This document shows positions 1 to 12,063 of a DNA stretch of 64,000 nucleotides, in pieces; the stretch's first letter is position 1, and every line of letters begins with the position of its first letter. The position numbers were made by a program, and so were the translations under genes. The stretch covers positions 4,175,036-4,239,035 of the forward strand of contig JBNZDD010013726.1 of assembly GCA_050575255.1 (NCBI GenBank), given 5' to 3'. The notes beneath the pieces are model-generated. The model saw only the letters and a list, made by a program, of their open reading frames with translations, was not told the DNA's origin and made no database searches. This DNA comes from Harriotta raleighana. Lineage: Eukaryota.

Positions 1-1004
1 ATAAGTACAGTAGGATTGAAATTGTTGTTTAAGAATTTAAAAGGTTATCATATTAAATGGCACTTATTCACAGAAGAGTAAAGAAAATTAGTTTGAGTTT
101 TGAAAACAAGTATTGTACAAAGAAAACTTGAATTTAGAAAGATAAAAAACTCCAAATAATTTAAAAGATAGAGAACATACAATCATCAGCAAATGTTATA
201 TTTCAGTACAAAACAAATTTACATTTGGAGACATAAACAGGAGGCACTTTACCTGTTGAGCCCATTCCATCATTAAATATATGGTAATTCTACTTCTATT
301 CCCACCTTTTCTCCATTTCCCACCATGAGTATTTCTTGGTCGGTAGCAAAACTAGGAAATCAGATATGTTGGTATCACTGAGGACAAAATAATAGTCTGA
401 GTGGATGATAAATATAAAAAATAAATTGATGTGCACATTACGAAGACATTTTCACCAACGCTCATGGCAAGCACAGCATTAAGGAACAGATTAGTCTTCT
501 GAACGATGGGATTAACAGTAGGTTCAGAATATCAGAGTCCAGTGAAAATTTTAATTTAATTCTTCACTTCAGTCTTCATGAAGGAGGCTTGCACAATAAT
601 TTCCCACTGCTGGAAACATGATGCCTGAGCCACCACGGGAGGGTAGAAATTACAAATATGAACAGAGGAAATATTGACAAACTGATGGGGTGAAAATAGA
701 TCAAATGGTGCAATTTGATAGAATACATTATGGATATTTTAAGAATATTAGCACAAAGGCATGACAGCAAAAATGGCAGAACAGGCAGCTAATATCAGTG
801 ATTTGAGCATATTAGGAAAATAATTAAAAATCTATTGAAAGCAAATATGATCATTAAAAGACAGCAATCATTTATGAACAGACATTGATGACTTACAGAT
901 GTACTAAATTAGTTCAGGTGTGAGTAAATCACTGGATTAGGAGAACCAGAAGAACAATAAGATAGAGCTAAAAACAGACAAAACCTGGAAATCTAAAATA
1001 AATA

Positions 1005-1058
1005 CAACAACAAAAAAAACAATAACATTATATTTGTATAGCGCCTTTCATGTCAGGA
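1005..1058 (-). mobile_element. L2 LINE extreme 3' tail stub
   Basis: Reverse complement reads ctcctgacatgaaaggcgctatacaaatataatg...ttgttg, matching the L2 tail at 13840-13903. Confidence 0.6.
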
Positions 1059-2212
1059 GTGCTGGGACAAAATGGGATGGGAATGCACAACAGATCAATC
1101 AGCATCTTCAATAAATTAAAATTTTAGGTGTCAGCATTTGTCACTATTAACTACTTCTGCAGTCTAGAGACCTCTAACCAGAAATTTATAAGATAGAAAA
1201 GTAACCATAAATACTCGGTCTATTAATGCATTTTGGCAGCACCAATCACCGCCCAGAACAGTTAAAATTGGCATTTCACTTAAACTCAATGTTGAGATTT
1301 GAGGATGTGGCTTATTCTTCCCCACAAAGTATGGTTTAGTAAAGCTGGGGTGGTGGGAAGCGTGTCACATATATGATATTAAAACAATTATTTATTTCTA
1401 TAAAGAAACAATACCATGTTTTCTGATAGTTTCAGTATCTCTCCATTATAATTGCCTATAACTCCGAGATCTGATTTTTGACCACAAAGCCACAAAGCAG
1501 CGATAGTATCATTCATGATATTTCTACTGCTGTTTGTTGTGTTTGTCCACTTTTGGGAGTCCGGGCGGGGTGGTAAATCTCTTTTCCCCAAACTCTTTCT
1601 GTGTTCATCTGTGCTTTACCCAAAATTCATCTCATAAAATTTGACATTTATTCACTCCCCTTTAATGTCACACTCCACACAAAATTTACTCTGCTCAACT
1701 GGCTTGTTAAAAGTCAACTAATTACTGCAAATGTGTCTTAGTTCAATGGTACACACTGCTTACTGCAAACAAAATCATTTTACTCTGAAATAATTTAGAA
1801 ATGTCATGCCTATTTTAAGGATTTTGTTGCACATTTCCAATATTGACTGAAGCAGAATATTGGGACCTTTATTCCTGCTGAATACAGTCGTACATTGATA
1901 AAGTCTCCCAAATAAGTATGATTGATGTGAACTGCTATAGTATAGAGTCAGATTACACAAATGTTTAATTGTTAGGAATGATGTCCAATATTGAAAATGC
2001 ATGACCAGTGCAAATTAGCAAACAGGAAGATCACAAGGGAATATTGGCGTTTGAGTATTATAATTCATGCTTACAGTATTAACTGAAAATGTTAGCTGGA
2101 AATGAAAAAGAAGGGACCAGTTGCTATTTCTTAATCTACAAATTATATGTTCATTATAGATCAACAATTTACAAAAAAAAGCAATAATATCTCAATAAAA
2201 CAGTACACATTA

Positions 2213-2655
2213 CAGTACAACCTTGTTTATCTGTGACCCGATCAACCGGATTGCTCGACCCCCTCCCGGGGCAATTCCCCATTCCAGCATTCGTGAGTTT
2301 GCTCACTTTGCGCATGTGTGCAATGCATGCACATGCGCATTTATTACATTTACGAACTTGGATTTTTTAACGATCTTTTTACCGAGTATGCTGGAATGCT
2401 TTATTGGTAAGTATCCATACNACATGTGTGCAATGCATTTATTAAATTTACGAACTTGGATTTTTTAACGATCTTTTTAACGAGTATGCTGGAATGCTTT
2501 ATTGGTAAGTATCCATACAATATTCTGTTACTATTTAGTCTATTATTAACATGGTATATTTTAAAATAAATAATTTTTTTATGTTGGGTTTTCGGCAACT
2601 TGCCCCCGCACAGTCAACCCACCCCACAGGGTGCCGGATAAACGGGGTTTTACTG
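2213..2655. mobile_element. Non-autonomous Tc1/mariner (Tigger-type) DNA transposon / MITE
   Basis: TA at 2211-2212 and 2656-2657. Left end CAGTACAACCTTGTTTATCTG versus reverse complement of right end CAGTAAAACCCCGTTTATCCG. CAGT termini with TA duplication are typical of Tigger/pogo elements. About 100 bp is duplicated around the N at 2421. Confidence 0.8.
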
Positions 2656-3194
2656 TATTCAACAAAAAAATACATCCAAACATCGTATTTTAAGCCTAAC
2701 AAGTTCATTAGGAAATTTATCATTTGAAGTTTTTACTAAAACTGAAAAGCTTACCTGTTTTTCTCAAATTACTTGACAGAATTAAATCAACATGGTAATT
2801 TTTTGGCCAGCGATCCAGCGTTATCAAGTTTATTAGTATCATCAGCAGCAACAGTTGTTTGGTTTCAATATGGCTGGAAAAATCAACAGCAACCCAGTAT
2901 TCAAAATACCTCATAATATTTAGTAGCTCATGTGAAATAAGCTTGATTCAATTAATTATGAAAGCAATTACTGCTGTTTCACTTGTGAGACGACAAAAAT
3001 TATAAAAGCAGAGATATATTGATAATACTTATATTTGTTCAGACTTACAATTCAGTGGGATGTTAGAGTGTATCTGAAAGTTTTTCAATTGAAAAACAAC
3101 TAAAATGTGACAGGCCTGTTATTATCTTAAGAAAACGAAATAACAAATGGCTCATAAAATTTAATAGCACAGTGCATATAAAATAGGTTTGGTT

Positions 3195-3385
3195 CAGTTA
3201 ATTGGAAGCAGATTCAATAATAGGTTTCAAAAGGGAATTGGATATGTACTTGAAAAGGGAAAATTTGCAGTGTTATGGGGTAAAAGTGAAGGAGGAGAAC
3301 TAGTTGGCTGTATGTTTCACACAGTAGGCATAGGCCTGATGGGCGAATTGGGCTCCTTCTGTGCTGGAAGATACTAGCATTCTAC
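3195..3385 (+). mobile_element. Old CR1 LINE 3' fragment
   Basis: gaagcagattcaataataggtttcaaaagggaattggatatgtacttg...gatgggcgaattggctccttctgtgctg resembles the CR1 ORF2 end and 3' UTR at 61930-62116. Confidence 0.7.
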
Positions 3386-3529
3386 ATACAACACATTGAG
3401 AGTTTCCAAGACTCTGTGCAAGTCCAAAATTCTATGTTAAAAATTCAAAAGTTAAGATGAGTTTTGTTAGAGGCTTAAATAAAGACACATGTTTCCCTCT
3501 GTACACATGGTTTACACAATACAAATTCA

Positions 3530-3869
3530 GAGCTTCTGTAGCTCAGTGGTTAGAGCACTCGCCTTACATGCCTTACAAGCATGAGACCTGTGTTCGAATC
3601 CAGGCAGATCAGGGCGAAACCTTGGGCAAGTTTCCTTACTCCACACGCCTAATAATAATCCCTCCAAAAAAACCACAATAATAAAATTGGTCATTTCAAT
3701 CTATGACTGTTGTGACACTGTTGGGACGCTGCTGTGCGCAATTGGCTGCCGCGTTCCGCCCACAAATATACAGTCAATTCACTTTACAGTATATTCTGTG
3801 AAGCGCTTTGGGACGTTGATAAGATGTGAAAAGCGCTATATCAAATGCAAGGATTATTATTATTATTAT
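3530..3869 (+). mobile_element. tRNA-derived SINE with L2-type tail, full length (young subfamily)
   Basis: A box TAGCTCAGTGG, B box GTTCGAATCC, body, stem-loop tail gcgctttgggacgttgataagatgtgaaaagcgc, (TTA)n end. More than 15 related copies in the window. Confidence 0.92.
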
Positions 3870-4011
3870 ATACTATCAAGTACAGGTATATTACATTTTC
3901 TACTGATGCCAATGATATTACTCCATTTGATCCATCACAAACAACCCATTAGAAAATCAACAGATTCTGCAGGAGCATTGGTTTGTTTTAGAACTAGATT
4001 TAATTATTTAA

Positions 4012-4120
4012 ACAAAAACATAAAATATTGCAGATGCTGGAAATCTGAAACAAAAACAGAAATTGCTGGGAACAACCAGTAACCAGTCAACGTTTCAGGC
4101 CCACAACCCTTCATTAGAAT
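4012..4120. mobile_element. Penelope-like element terminal repeat fragment
   Basis: gcagatgctggaaatctgaaacaaaaacagaaattgctgggaaca...gtcaacgtttcaggcccacaacccttcattagaa is near-identical to the reverse complement of 18170-18310 and contains a degenerate hammerhead-like core. The family name is from recalled shark Penelope ends. Confidence 0.65.
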
Positions 4121-4139
4121 CCAATGAATTATTTAAAGA

Positions 4140-4490
4140 TGTCCCTGGTCCCTATTATTGTGGGTGAAAAGTGACGGCCAGTTGTGCACAGTAATGTTCT
4201 ACAAATGTTATGAAGTGATCAATTGTATTTGGAGGATTGTTGACCAGGACACTGGGAGAAAATCCCTTCTCTGTTTGAATATGGCCATGGAATTATATTT
4301 AAAATCCCTCTGAACAGGCATTTGGGACCTTGGTTTAGCATCTCACCCAAAAGACGACACCTCCAACAATGTAACATACCCTCACCATTGCATTAAAATG
4401 TCAGCTTAGACTACGTGATTCCAAGTCTAAAGACCCATGACCTTCTGACTAAAAGGCGAGCATGATACTCCCATTGCTAACTGACATACT
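4140..4490 (-). mobile_element. Older Deu-domain SINE (SacSINE1/AmnSINE1-like)
   Basis: Contains ccaggacactgggagaaaatcccttctctgtttgaatatggccatgg...catctcacccaaaagacgacacctccaacaatg, the reverse complement of Deu-domain motifs. Homologous to 15590-15950, 23770-24140 and 41815-42210. Confidence 0.7.
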
Positions 4491-5423
4491 CTCCCTTTAA
4501 AACCATCTTTAGCAGTTCTGCATTAGTTATGCTTATAATTAATTTGACTTTTCTAATAGACTGGTTTCACAGGGTAGAAAGTTCAACACTAACCTCACAA
4601 AATCAGTGACACCAAGTCTGGCATATTAAGAAGGACCAAAACTATGAAACTACCAGGAGGGATTGAAATATGAAATTAGTTTTGCTGTGGAATTTAATAT
4701 GAGCAAAGCTAAATGCTAAAAGCTCTGGGCAGTGAATAATTTACATGCTCTAGTTGAAAAGAAAGATGAGTGGGAATCGATGGTGTCAACCACCAACCAG
4801 TGAGCACCATGTAATTAGATCAATGTCTCCTTCAAATAAAAGCATGCTTTTGCTTCTTTTGATGCCAAAATGGTAAAAATATAATCATAGAGAAAAAGCA
4901 TGCTGGTACCTAGTCTGTAATCCTGCAAAGAAGGCTTCCATAATACTTTATTTGCCTGCAAGGTTAACCAAAGTGTTGGTCCCCCTTCAAACTATCATGG
5001 ATCAGCAAATTGATGTGAGATCATAGTGATCATTACTAAAACAACTTTTTGAGACTTATTTTGCTCCCTGCGCTCCTGTTTTACATTCATACCTCAATAT
5101 TATTTCTAAGTTAAAATTTCAAATGTTACATCCAACCTGTTGAAGCAAATGTATAGAATAGAACAGTAATTGGTAAAGCCTACACACAATTTTGTTCCAG
5201 TATTTAGGGCAGAATAAGTAAAGAATACCCCTTTGAAGTTTAAGGCTTGTAGCTCATATAACATATGTTGGACGTTGCACAAATAAAGTATTCTCCCATG
5301 AACATTTTACCCTGAGTGCAGATGGAGCCTATCCCCAATTCAATCCATACAAATCAGAGCAATAAAAAACAGAAACAGATAAGACTTGATTGGAACAAAT
5401 GGAACCCATGAATAGACAACACA

Positions 5424-6295
5424 GACTCGACCCAAGGACCAGCTGCCATGGAGCTGGAGCGGCGGGGACACGGGTCTGAGCGGCGGGGACACGGGTCTGA
5501 GCGGCGGAGACACGGGCCTGAGCGGATGCCGGGTGTGTGCGGTGGAGCAGGAGGAGGGGGGCCGGGAGAGCACCCAGCCTCCCAGTGAGGAGGAGGTGGA
5601 TCAGCAGATGCATCCACGGGGATCGACCGCATCGATGCCCTGGTTCCCGTCTTTTTGAAGGTGGTTGAGGCGGGCGGCGAGGACAGGGAGCTGGACTGTT
5701 GTTAATTGTTGTTGTTGTTTCTTCTGTTGTTGCTTTTGCTTATTATTGTTGATGATGTTTGTTGTTGTTGTTTGCCCCCCCCCCTGCCCCCTGACCTTTT
5801 CCCCTCCTTTTTCTTCTTCCCTCTCTCCCTTTCCCCCCTTCCCTCCCTCTTCCCTCTTGCCCCCCTTTCTCCTTGGTTTCCCTCCCTCCACCTTTCCCCC
5901 CTNNNNNNNNNNTGGTTTCCCTCCCTCCACCTTTCCCCCCTTCTTCCCCCTTGCCACCATTTCTCCCTCCTTGTCCTCCTTGATTTCCCCCTTGTCCTCC
6001 TTTCTCCGCCCTTTCTCCGTCCTTTTTCCTCACTGATTTTACCCCACCCGCGTTTTCCTCCGTCTCCCCCCTTGTCCCTTTTTCCCTCTTCCTTCCCTGG
6101 CCCCATTTCCGTGTGTGTTTGTGGGACGCTGCTGTGCGCAATTTGGCTGCCGCGTTTCGCCCACAAATATACAGTCAGTTCTTTCCTGCTTTTCTTCCCC
6201 CGACCCCTCCCTCCACTTGACTGTACAGCGCCTTGGGACGTCCTCCTGACGTGAAAGGCGCTATATAAATATAATATATATAAAATAAATAAAAA
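5424..6295 (+). mobile_element. Composite non-autonomous retroelement, copy 1
   Basis: GC-rich head with a 21-bp tandem repeat, shared core CTGGTTCCCG...GGCGGCGAGGACAGGGAG, (GTT)-rich tract, C/T-rich tract, SINE-body segment (6116-6180) and L2 stem-loop tail (6222-6270). Homologous to 40101-40570 and 49963-50970. The 5' boundary is approximate. Confidence 0.75.
5457..5525 (+). repeat. 21-bp tandem repeat, about 3 copies (GAGCGGCGGGGACACGGGTCT)
   Basis: Directly visible. The homologous copy near 40101 has a single unit. Confidence 0.9.
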
Positions 6296-7879
6296 AGTAA
6301 CAGATAATCAGAGTGGGTCATGTGAGTAGCACATGTACAGTATTGTAAGCAACACAAAACCTTGCCATTTGTAACTTGTGTCCCGTGATCTTTGAGCCTT
6401 TTGCCATTGTGACCAATTTGCCAACTCTCTGAAAACTTCAGGCAGATTTTATTCAAGGAAGAAAAGTCCAATGATTACCATTTATTTGTGAGTTTATTTA
6501 TACATAGATTCAGATTCAACACAGGCGCTCCACCTCTACACCTGTTTAAGGTCTTTGGATGATTTGGGGTCCAGAACGTCACATAGTATTCCATATGAAA
6601 GTTTGACCTTACACGAAAACAATATTCCTGCTTTTAATGTGTACTCAAGCCTTGCTAAAAAGGTAGCCAAGCAAGGCTATCATATAGACTTGATTAGGGA
6701 CTAACCCAAATTTTCAAGCAAACGTGTTAAGAAAGTTTTAGGGTTTATTGCTTCTTTCATATGTTGAACAGTTATGAACTATAGTTGATGAAAGTTTAAC
6801 AAATCATTCCTGACATCTGGTCATGCAAGTGCAGCATGCAATACAGACATTTTACTGCAGGAGCAGAAGGTTAAATTAAATATCTGCAAGCAGAGAGGAA
6901 TGCTGCTGTCACCCATTGATTCTATACCAGCACTTATTGCAGAAAAGACCAGCATTTCATATCGGCAATTCAACCTTCATTGAAGAACAGATGACAAATG
7001 TAAATGTAGACCTTGACAAAACATGATAGATTGGGCAAAAATGACGCTGCATAAATAGCTTTTGCTTTGTTACTGAGAATGTATTGATATCATGTCAAAT
7101 AGGATGGAACACTTAAATAAGTATTTGGAGCTTTACAGTGTTTGTCTCAAGGGGAGCATTAAAATGAGCATTTAGTTTCCAGCTGATCAGCCTTGAATGT
7201 TTCGGGGTGTGACAAACATCTTACACATCTGAATAAGGGACAGTTGAAATTTGTTAGGATGCTTTTCGAAACAGATGGTGAATAAACAAACCTGGTAATC
7301 CATGTTAACATTAAAATGGCTGCCATGGTTAATCTGATGAGAATCTTATATATCACAGCAACAGTTTAAATTAGAAGTATTTTATTCACATTAAAATAAA
7401 GTAATCCCAAAACTAAAGGGCTTGGAAAGTAATATCTGAAAGTAAGTAAAGGGCCAATGGATCAAACATAATTTTCCAAGCATGTTTGCCACACAAACTA
7501 CTATGCGCACATCATGTTGCAAATGATTGAATGTGTCTGTTTAGTGAAGTAACCATATGCAACTGTGATTCAAAAACAAGCATAATAAATAAAGACTAAC
7601 CTGATGGTCAAGTTAAAAAAAAATTAGAATTCAATAGCAGTAAACTGACTACAATTTTCAATTTTATTATCATTATCATTCATCAGGGCATCATTGGGTG
7701 ACAAGACACATTCATTACTTTGGTATTGATTCATTTCTTCAGCCTTCCTCCATTTCAGACCAATTTAATTGTGAAGCCATGCTTCTCTCTCCTGTATGCA
7801 TTTTCCGTTTTGGAATCTATTTCCTCCATCACTTGATCAGTCTCTTCTTTGCTATTGTATGTGTACCATGTGCAATGTC

Positions 7880-8205
7880 AGGACCCTAGAGATCTCAGCG
7901 AGTGTGCTAACTGAGCAATAGGGTAGGTTAATGTGCTATCATACTTGTTATAGTGAATTGCACTGTTCATCAGGCAGCTTATGAGGAGATCCTGGTATCT
8001 GCTGTGCACCCAGCAAAAAAGTTTCTCCTAGTGTCCTTGGCAACAGTCCTCCAGATTAATTGATTATTCACCTTATTACTATTGATCGGATCATGCTGGC
8101 ACAAATGGCTGCTTCAGTGGTTTGTAAATACATTCACTACAAGTGTGATTACTTGACAGTGATGCTTTGAGATGTTTTGATATAATAGAGAACTATAAAA
8201 ATGTT
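7880..8205 (+). mobile_element. Highly decayed Deu-domain SINE
   Basis: ctcctagtgtccttggcaaca...gatcatgctggcacaaatggctgc...gctttgagatgtttt...actataaaaatg follows the Deu-SINE 3' motif order. Confidence 0.45.
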
Positions 8206-8539
8206 TTTTCTTGTTTTTCTACTCATGCCTCATTAATGACTAAACTATTGGATTTATAAATAAAACAGGGAATAGACCACATCCTTGACTAACAGTGTTG
8301 CAATTTAAAACCAGTTTGAAAGAATAAATTGAAGTGAGTGAACTTTTGCACAAGATTATATATCTTCATAATAGCTTAATGATATTCAATCATTGGAAAT
8401 GGTTCAAAGAATTATGATTGATTTCAAACCATTTAAATTGAAATTGTGTTTACCTAAAAGCCGAATTCAGTGTGATAGCAATTGGCTGGGAGATCCCTGC
8501 TGATTCAGAGTTTGATGAGAAAACAAGTTCTGCAAATTC

Positions 8540-8617
8540 TGCAGTAATTTCAAGCGTAGTTCACTATTTACTTAAATTCTGATAAGTAAACAGTGAAATA
8601 CACTTGAAATGGCTGCA
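8540..8617. repeat. Imperfect palindrome: 35-bp arms, 8-nt loop
   Basis: Left arm tgcagtaatttcaagcgtagttcactatttactta versus reverse complement of right arm tgcagccatttcaagtgtatttcactgtttactta: 30 of 35 identical. Confidence 0.85.
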
Positions 8618-9614
8618 TTCTCAGGGGTAATTTAAGGAATGGTTCAAGGCTGCTAATGCATTCCTTTTCTCAGATTGTGAATCTTGTGAGACTTTACAAA
8701 ACATTGTGATGTCAACATTCACTACTTCCTTCAACTAACTGGAACGAACATGTATAAAACATTCAATTTAGCCATTTATTTGGCATGCAAATATGATTAG
8801 AAATATTCTGACTACTGGTACTGACATAAGATGTACCTTACTGCTCTTTATATTTCATTGCTCCTTATCGCCTATGTAACTGATGTTGGTTTTCAGATTT
8901 TCGTTATGAATAGATTACTGTTCCTCTCTATCGGCAGAGCAATCCTATTGGGTTACATGGCAAATAAATTGAAACATAGATTTGTGTTTTGTTTTAATCT
9001 AGTAAAGCGTTGTTTGTATACTGTAGCCTTTTTAGAAGGGTGTAAATAATAAATTACGAACAAATGATATTTTGCATTTGTTACAATTCTCTATCTATCC
9101 TTCTGTAATTTTTAGTATACAGAAAATAATAAATGGTATGAATGCAACATTGATAGATTGGCCACTTTGAAGAGGTGGTTTGGCATCGATTCACATTGTT
9201 GCAGCATGAATATACTGTACCGTGTACAGATCAATTTGGGCTCTGCTGAGAAATGATCTCTTAAAAGTGTTTGAGTAGCTCAATAGTAACTCAAGAACTT
9301 TAAAAAGACCTTTATTTTAAATATCATATGTCTGGCTCCATCACAGCATTTCACAACAAACACCTGATATTTGAGTTTTCTTCCAGTTCATCAAATGAGA
9401 ATGAGAATAGTACATAATCCCTATTATTCACAATAGTTTATTGAGTAAATGGTACAAGATTCCTTATATAATTGTTCCATTTGGATATGGTGCCTTCTCA
9501 CATGGTCAAAACATTTCAAAGCACTTCACAGATGGACCTGGATTTGACAGAGTAAGAATTGAAAGCATAATCTTTATTGAAATCCACTTAAATCTTCAAT
9601 TGAACAAATTATTT

Positions 9615-9865
9615 TGATCATCCGGAACACTGCAGTGTGTCCTCTCCCGCACCAGGTTCTGAGACCCTATCCTCACCTTTCAAGTCCTCCATGGTCTTTC
9701 CCCACCACTATCAACCTGTCTTTTCCCTCTGCTCAGCGGGCTCCGGCCTGCTCTACATGCCCTATCCCACCTGCCCCACCAGCTCGGGTCCAAAACACTG
9801 TCCCGAGCCTTGGAATGGTCCTCCCGACGTGAAAGATGCTACACAAATGTAATTTTGTTGTTGTT
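9615..9865 (+). mobile_element. L2 LINE 3' fragment with internal deletions
   Basis: Collinear pieces of the 13350-13903 L2 end; terminates in gccttggaatggtcctcccgacgtgaaagatgctacacaaatgtaattttgttgttgtt. Confidence 0.8.
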
Positions 9866-9916
9866 ATTTCGTATCATTTAAAGCTCTTCTCAAAGTTATC
9901 TTAAACTGAATAGCCG

Positions 9917-10150
9917 TCTTCTGGACGTTGCAAAGCGCTTCATACAATACGCTGTTAATTGAATTGACTGTATATTTGGGTGAAACGCGGCAGCCGATTA
10001 CGTACAGAGTCATGGATTGAAATGACCGATTTATTATTGTTTTTTTTTGGGGGGGGTGATTATTTTTAAGCGTGTGGAGTAAGGAAGCTTGCCCAAGGTT
10101 TCGCCCTGCCTGGAAATTCAACCCAGGTCTCTCGCTTGCAAGGCAAGAGC
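9917..10150 (-). mobile_element. tRNA-derived SINE, partial
   Basis: Reverse complement of SINE body and B box; the head ends in the anticodon arm where an L2 fragment abuts. Confidence 0.85.
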
Positions 10151-10320
10151 CCTCCTGCTCATCCCTCACACCCTCCACCCCACAATCGGAGGTCGCACTT
10201 TCAGCCAAAACGCCCCAAACTCTGGAACACTGTTTCTCAATCCACCTGGCTTCCCTCTCTTTCGCCTTTGTCAAATCCCGTCTGAAAACTTTCTTTCTCA
10301 ACTGTGCTTTCTCTCCCACT
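10151..10320 (+). mobile_element. L2 LINE ORF2 C-terminal fragment
   Basis: Translates to LLLIPHTLHPTIGGRTFSQNAP...FVKSRLKTFFLNCAF, matching the L2 C-terminus PTIGGRAFS...FKAGLKTFLF at 33346-33906. Confidence 0.8.
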
Positions 10321-12034
10321 TGAAAAGGAAGTATTACATTGATTAAATGTGAAGTGCACTTCAGTCTATTGACTAATTTATCTTGACTAGCCATCTACAT
10401 TACCGACTGAGTAGAAAGTGATTTCTTCTACAATCCTGGGATTTATGCTGAGGTCTTAACTTCATTTACTGAAGCCAAATATTGTTTTAGAATAAGGCTA
10501 TGTTTAAAAGCTCTTTAGAAAATGAATAAGTACAACAAGTGTGTATTCCTGTGCACTGCCTTGTCTGTGGGTGAAGATTCAGACAGTAATATTTGAATTA
10601 CATTAATCTTTTTCCCCAATACAATTATTTACCTCACCAAAAGAAAGTATTATCAGATTGGTAATCAAAGACATGATTGATATTGCAGCAGACAAGCCCT
10701 CCCTTTTTTTGTTCCAGACATTCAAGAATGCAACATTTCCAATGAACAGAATCTGCTTTGGTAGTAGAAACCTTTCAGTAGATGTGTAAAACTTAACATT
10801 TGACTATATTACAAGTTCTCCTCTGCACAATAGATTATAGAAATCTTAATTCAATCTTCTCTCTAAATGACCTTATATGAATATATTTTAAATGTCTCAA
10901 CCCAGCACCTCAGCTTCTGCGGAGCTATCTTAGAAATATGATAACAGAATATCTGGAAATTAAACAAATGAGCATTTCCTACTTTTCTTGACTTTTATTA
11001 GTTATTATTCATAATTTAAACAATGAAATATAAACTACTTTAAAAATGAAATGTTTTTCTTATCTTTCCTTGTCTCAAGAAAATGAATTCCTTAATTATT
11101 TATGAATGTACACCAGCATGTAAGATAAATGTCTTACAGTGAAGTATTCAAAATATGATTAATAGACTTTTATGCAAGCAAAAATCAGCTGGTTCTTAAC
11201 AAGCTAATCCATAAAGATTACTCAAGTGTTCATACAAATGATCCCAACAAGATTAGATTTTCTGCCTAGAATACATAATAATTAGATCCGATAAACCCTT
11301 TTAAAAATTCAACATTGAATAAGCATCATCTGCTGTATGTTTATTATTCCAGTTAATTCATTCAATTGCAGCCACATTGAACAGATTACATTTTAAAGCA
11401 TGTAATATTTAGCCAGTAGCTCTGATATCAAGCGAAATTCATGCCCGATTCTTGCAAGAATCGTAGAATATTAGAACATAGAACATCCATGTGCAGCTGA
11501 TTTCTAAATGCTGCGGTTATTAAAATCAGAAAGGTAAAATGTATAATTCAAAATGGGTTGGATAACTTAAGAGGCACTCATTTCCATGACAGTCCAAAAG
11601 AAGCAGTAAAGAACTTTGGGGGTAATTTTGTGTTGGCATCTACTGAGAGTAACTACATTTTGCCTCTTTGCCCAAACTAACCATTAGATTAGTTCTTGAT
11701 ATGGACTCATTTAGTTCCTGTTGGAAACTAGAACATAAGGTAACCTTGTCTCTAAAAATGTGCAAAAATGTGTTTCAGAGGGATTTGTTACATTGGCAAA
11801 TGCACCTTTCTCTGATCGCACTCAAAAGAGCAACACTAGAGAAAGATATGTGCTCATCTGATGGCCCTCAGGTAATAGCAGACCGTGGCAATTTACAAAG
11901 AACATACAACACAGAAACAGGACATTCGGCCCAATCAGTCTGTGCTGGTGTTTAAACTCCACACACCTTATGTGAAGGTTTAGCTTCCTCTTGAATGCTA
12001 TTTCAATCAACCACCATTTCAGGCAGAAAGTTGT

Positions 12035-12063
12035 GTGGATCCCTGAGTTTAGTGGAGAGAGCA
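12035..12063 (+). mobile_element. Detached 5' head of a tRNA-derived SINE (remainder at 13904)
   Basis: gtggatccctgagtttagtggagagagca aligns to the SINE start gtggagtcctgtagctcagtggttagagca seen at 45296. Confidence 0.65.

Noticed and set aside
2312-2520. About 100-bp duplication inside the MITE
   Set aside because: Centred on the N at 2421; likely assembly artefact.
3530-3615. tRNA-like sequences with A/B boxes and an anticodon arm
   Set aside because: Always followed by the same SINE body and tail, with no proper acceptor stem; SINE heads, not tRNA genes.
5601-6254. Long overlapping Pro/Gly/Arg-rich ORFs here and at 50052-50694
   Set aside because: Products of low-complexity C/T tracts that lack stop codons.
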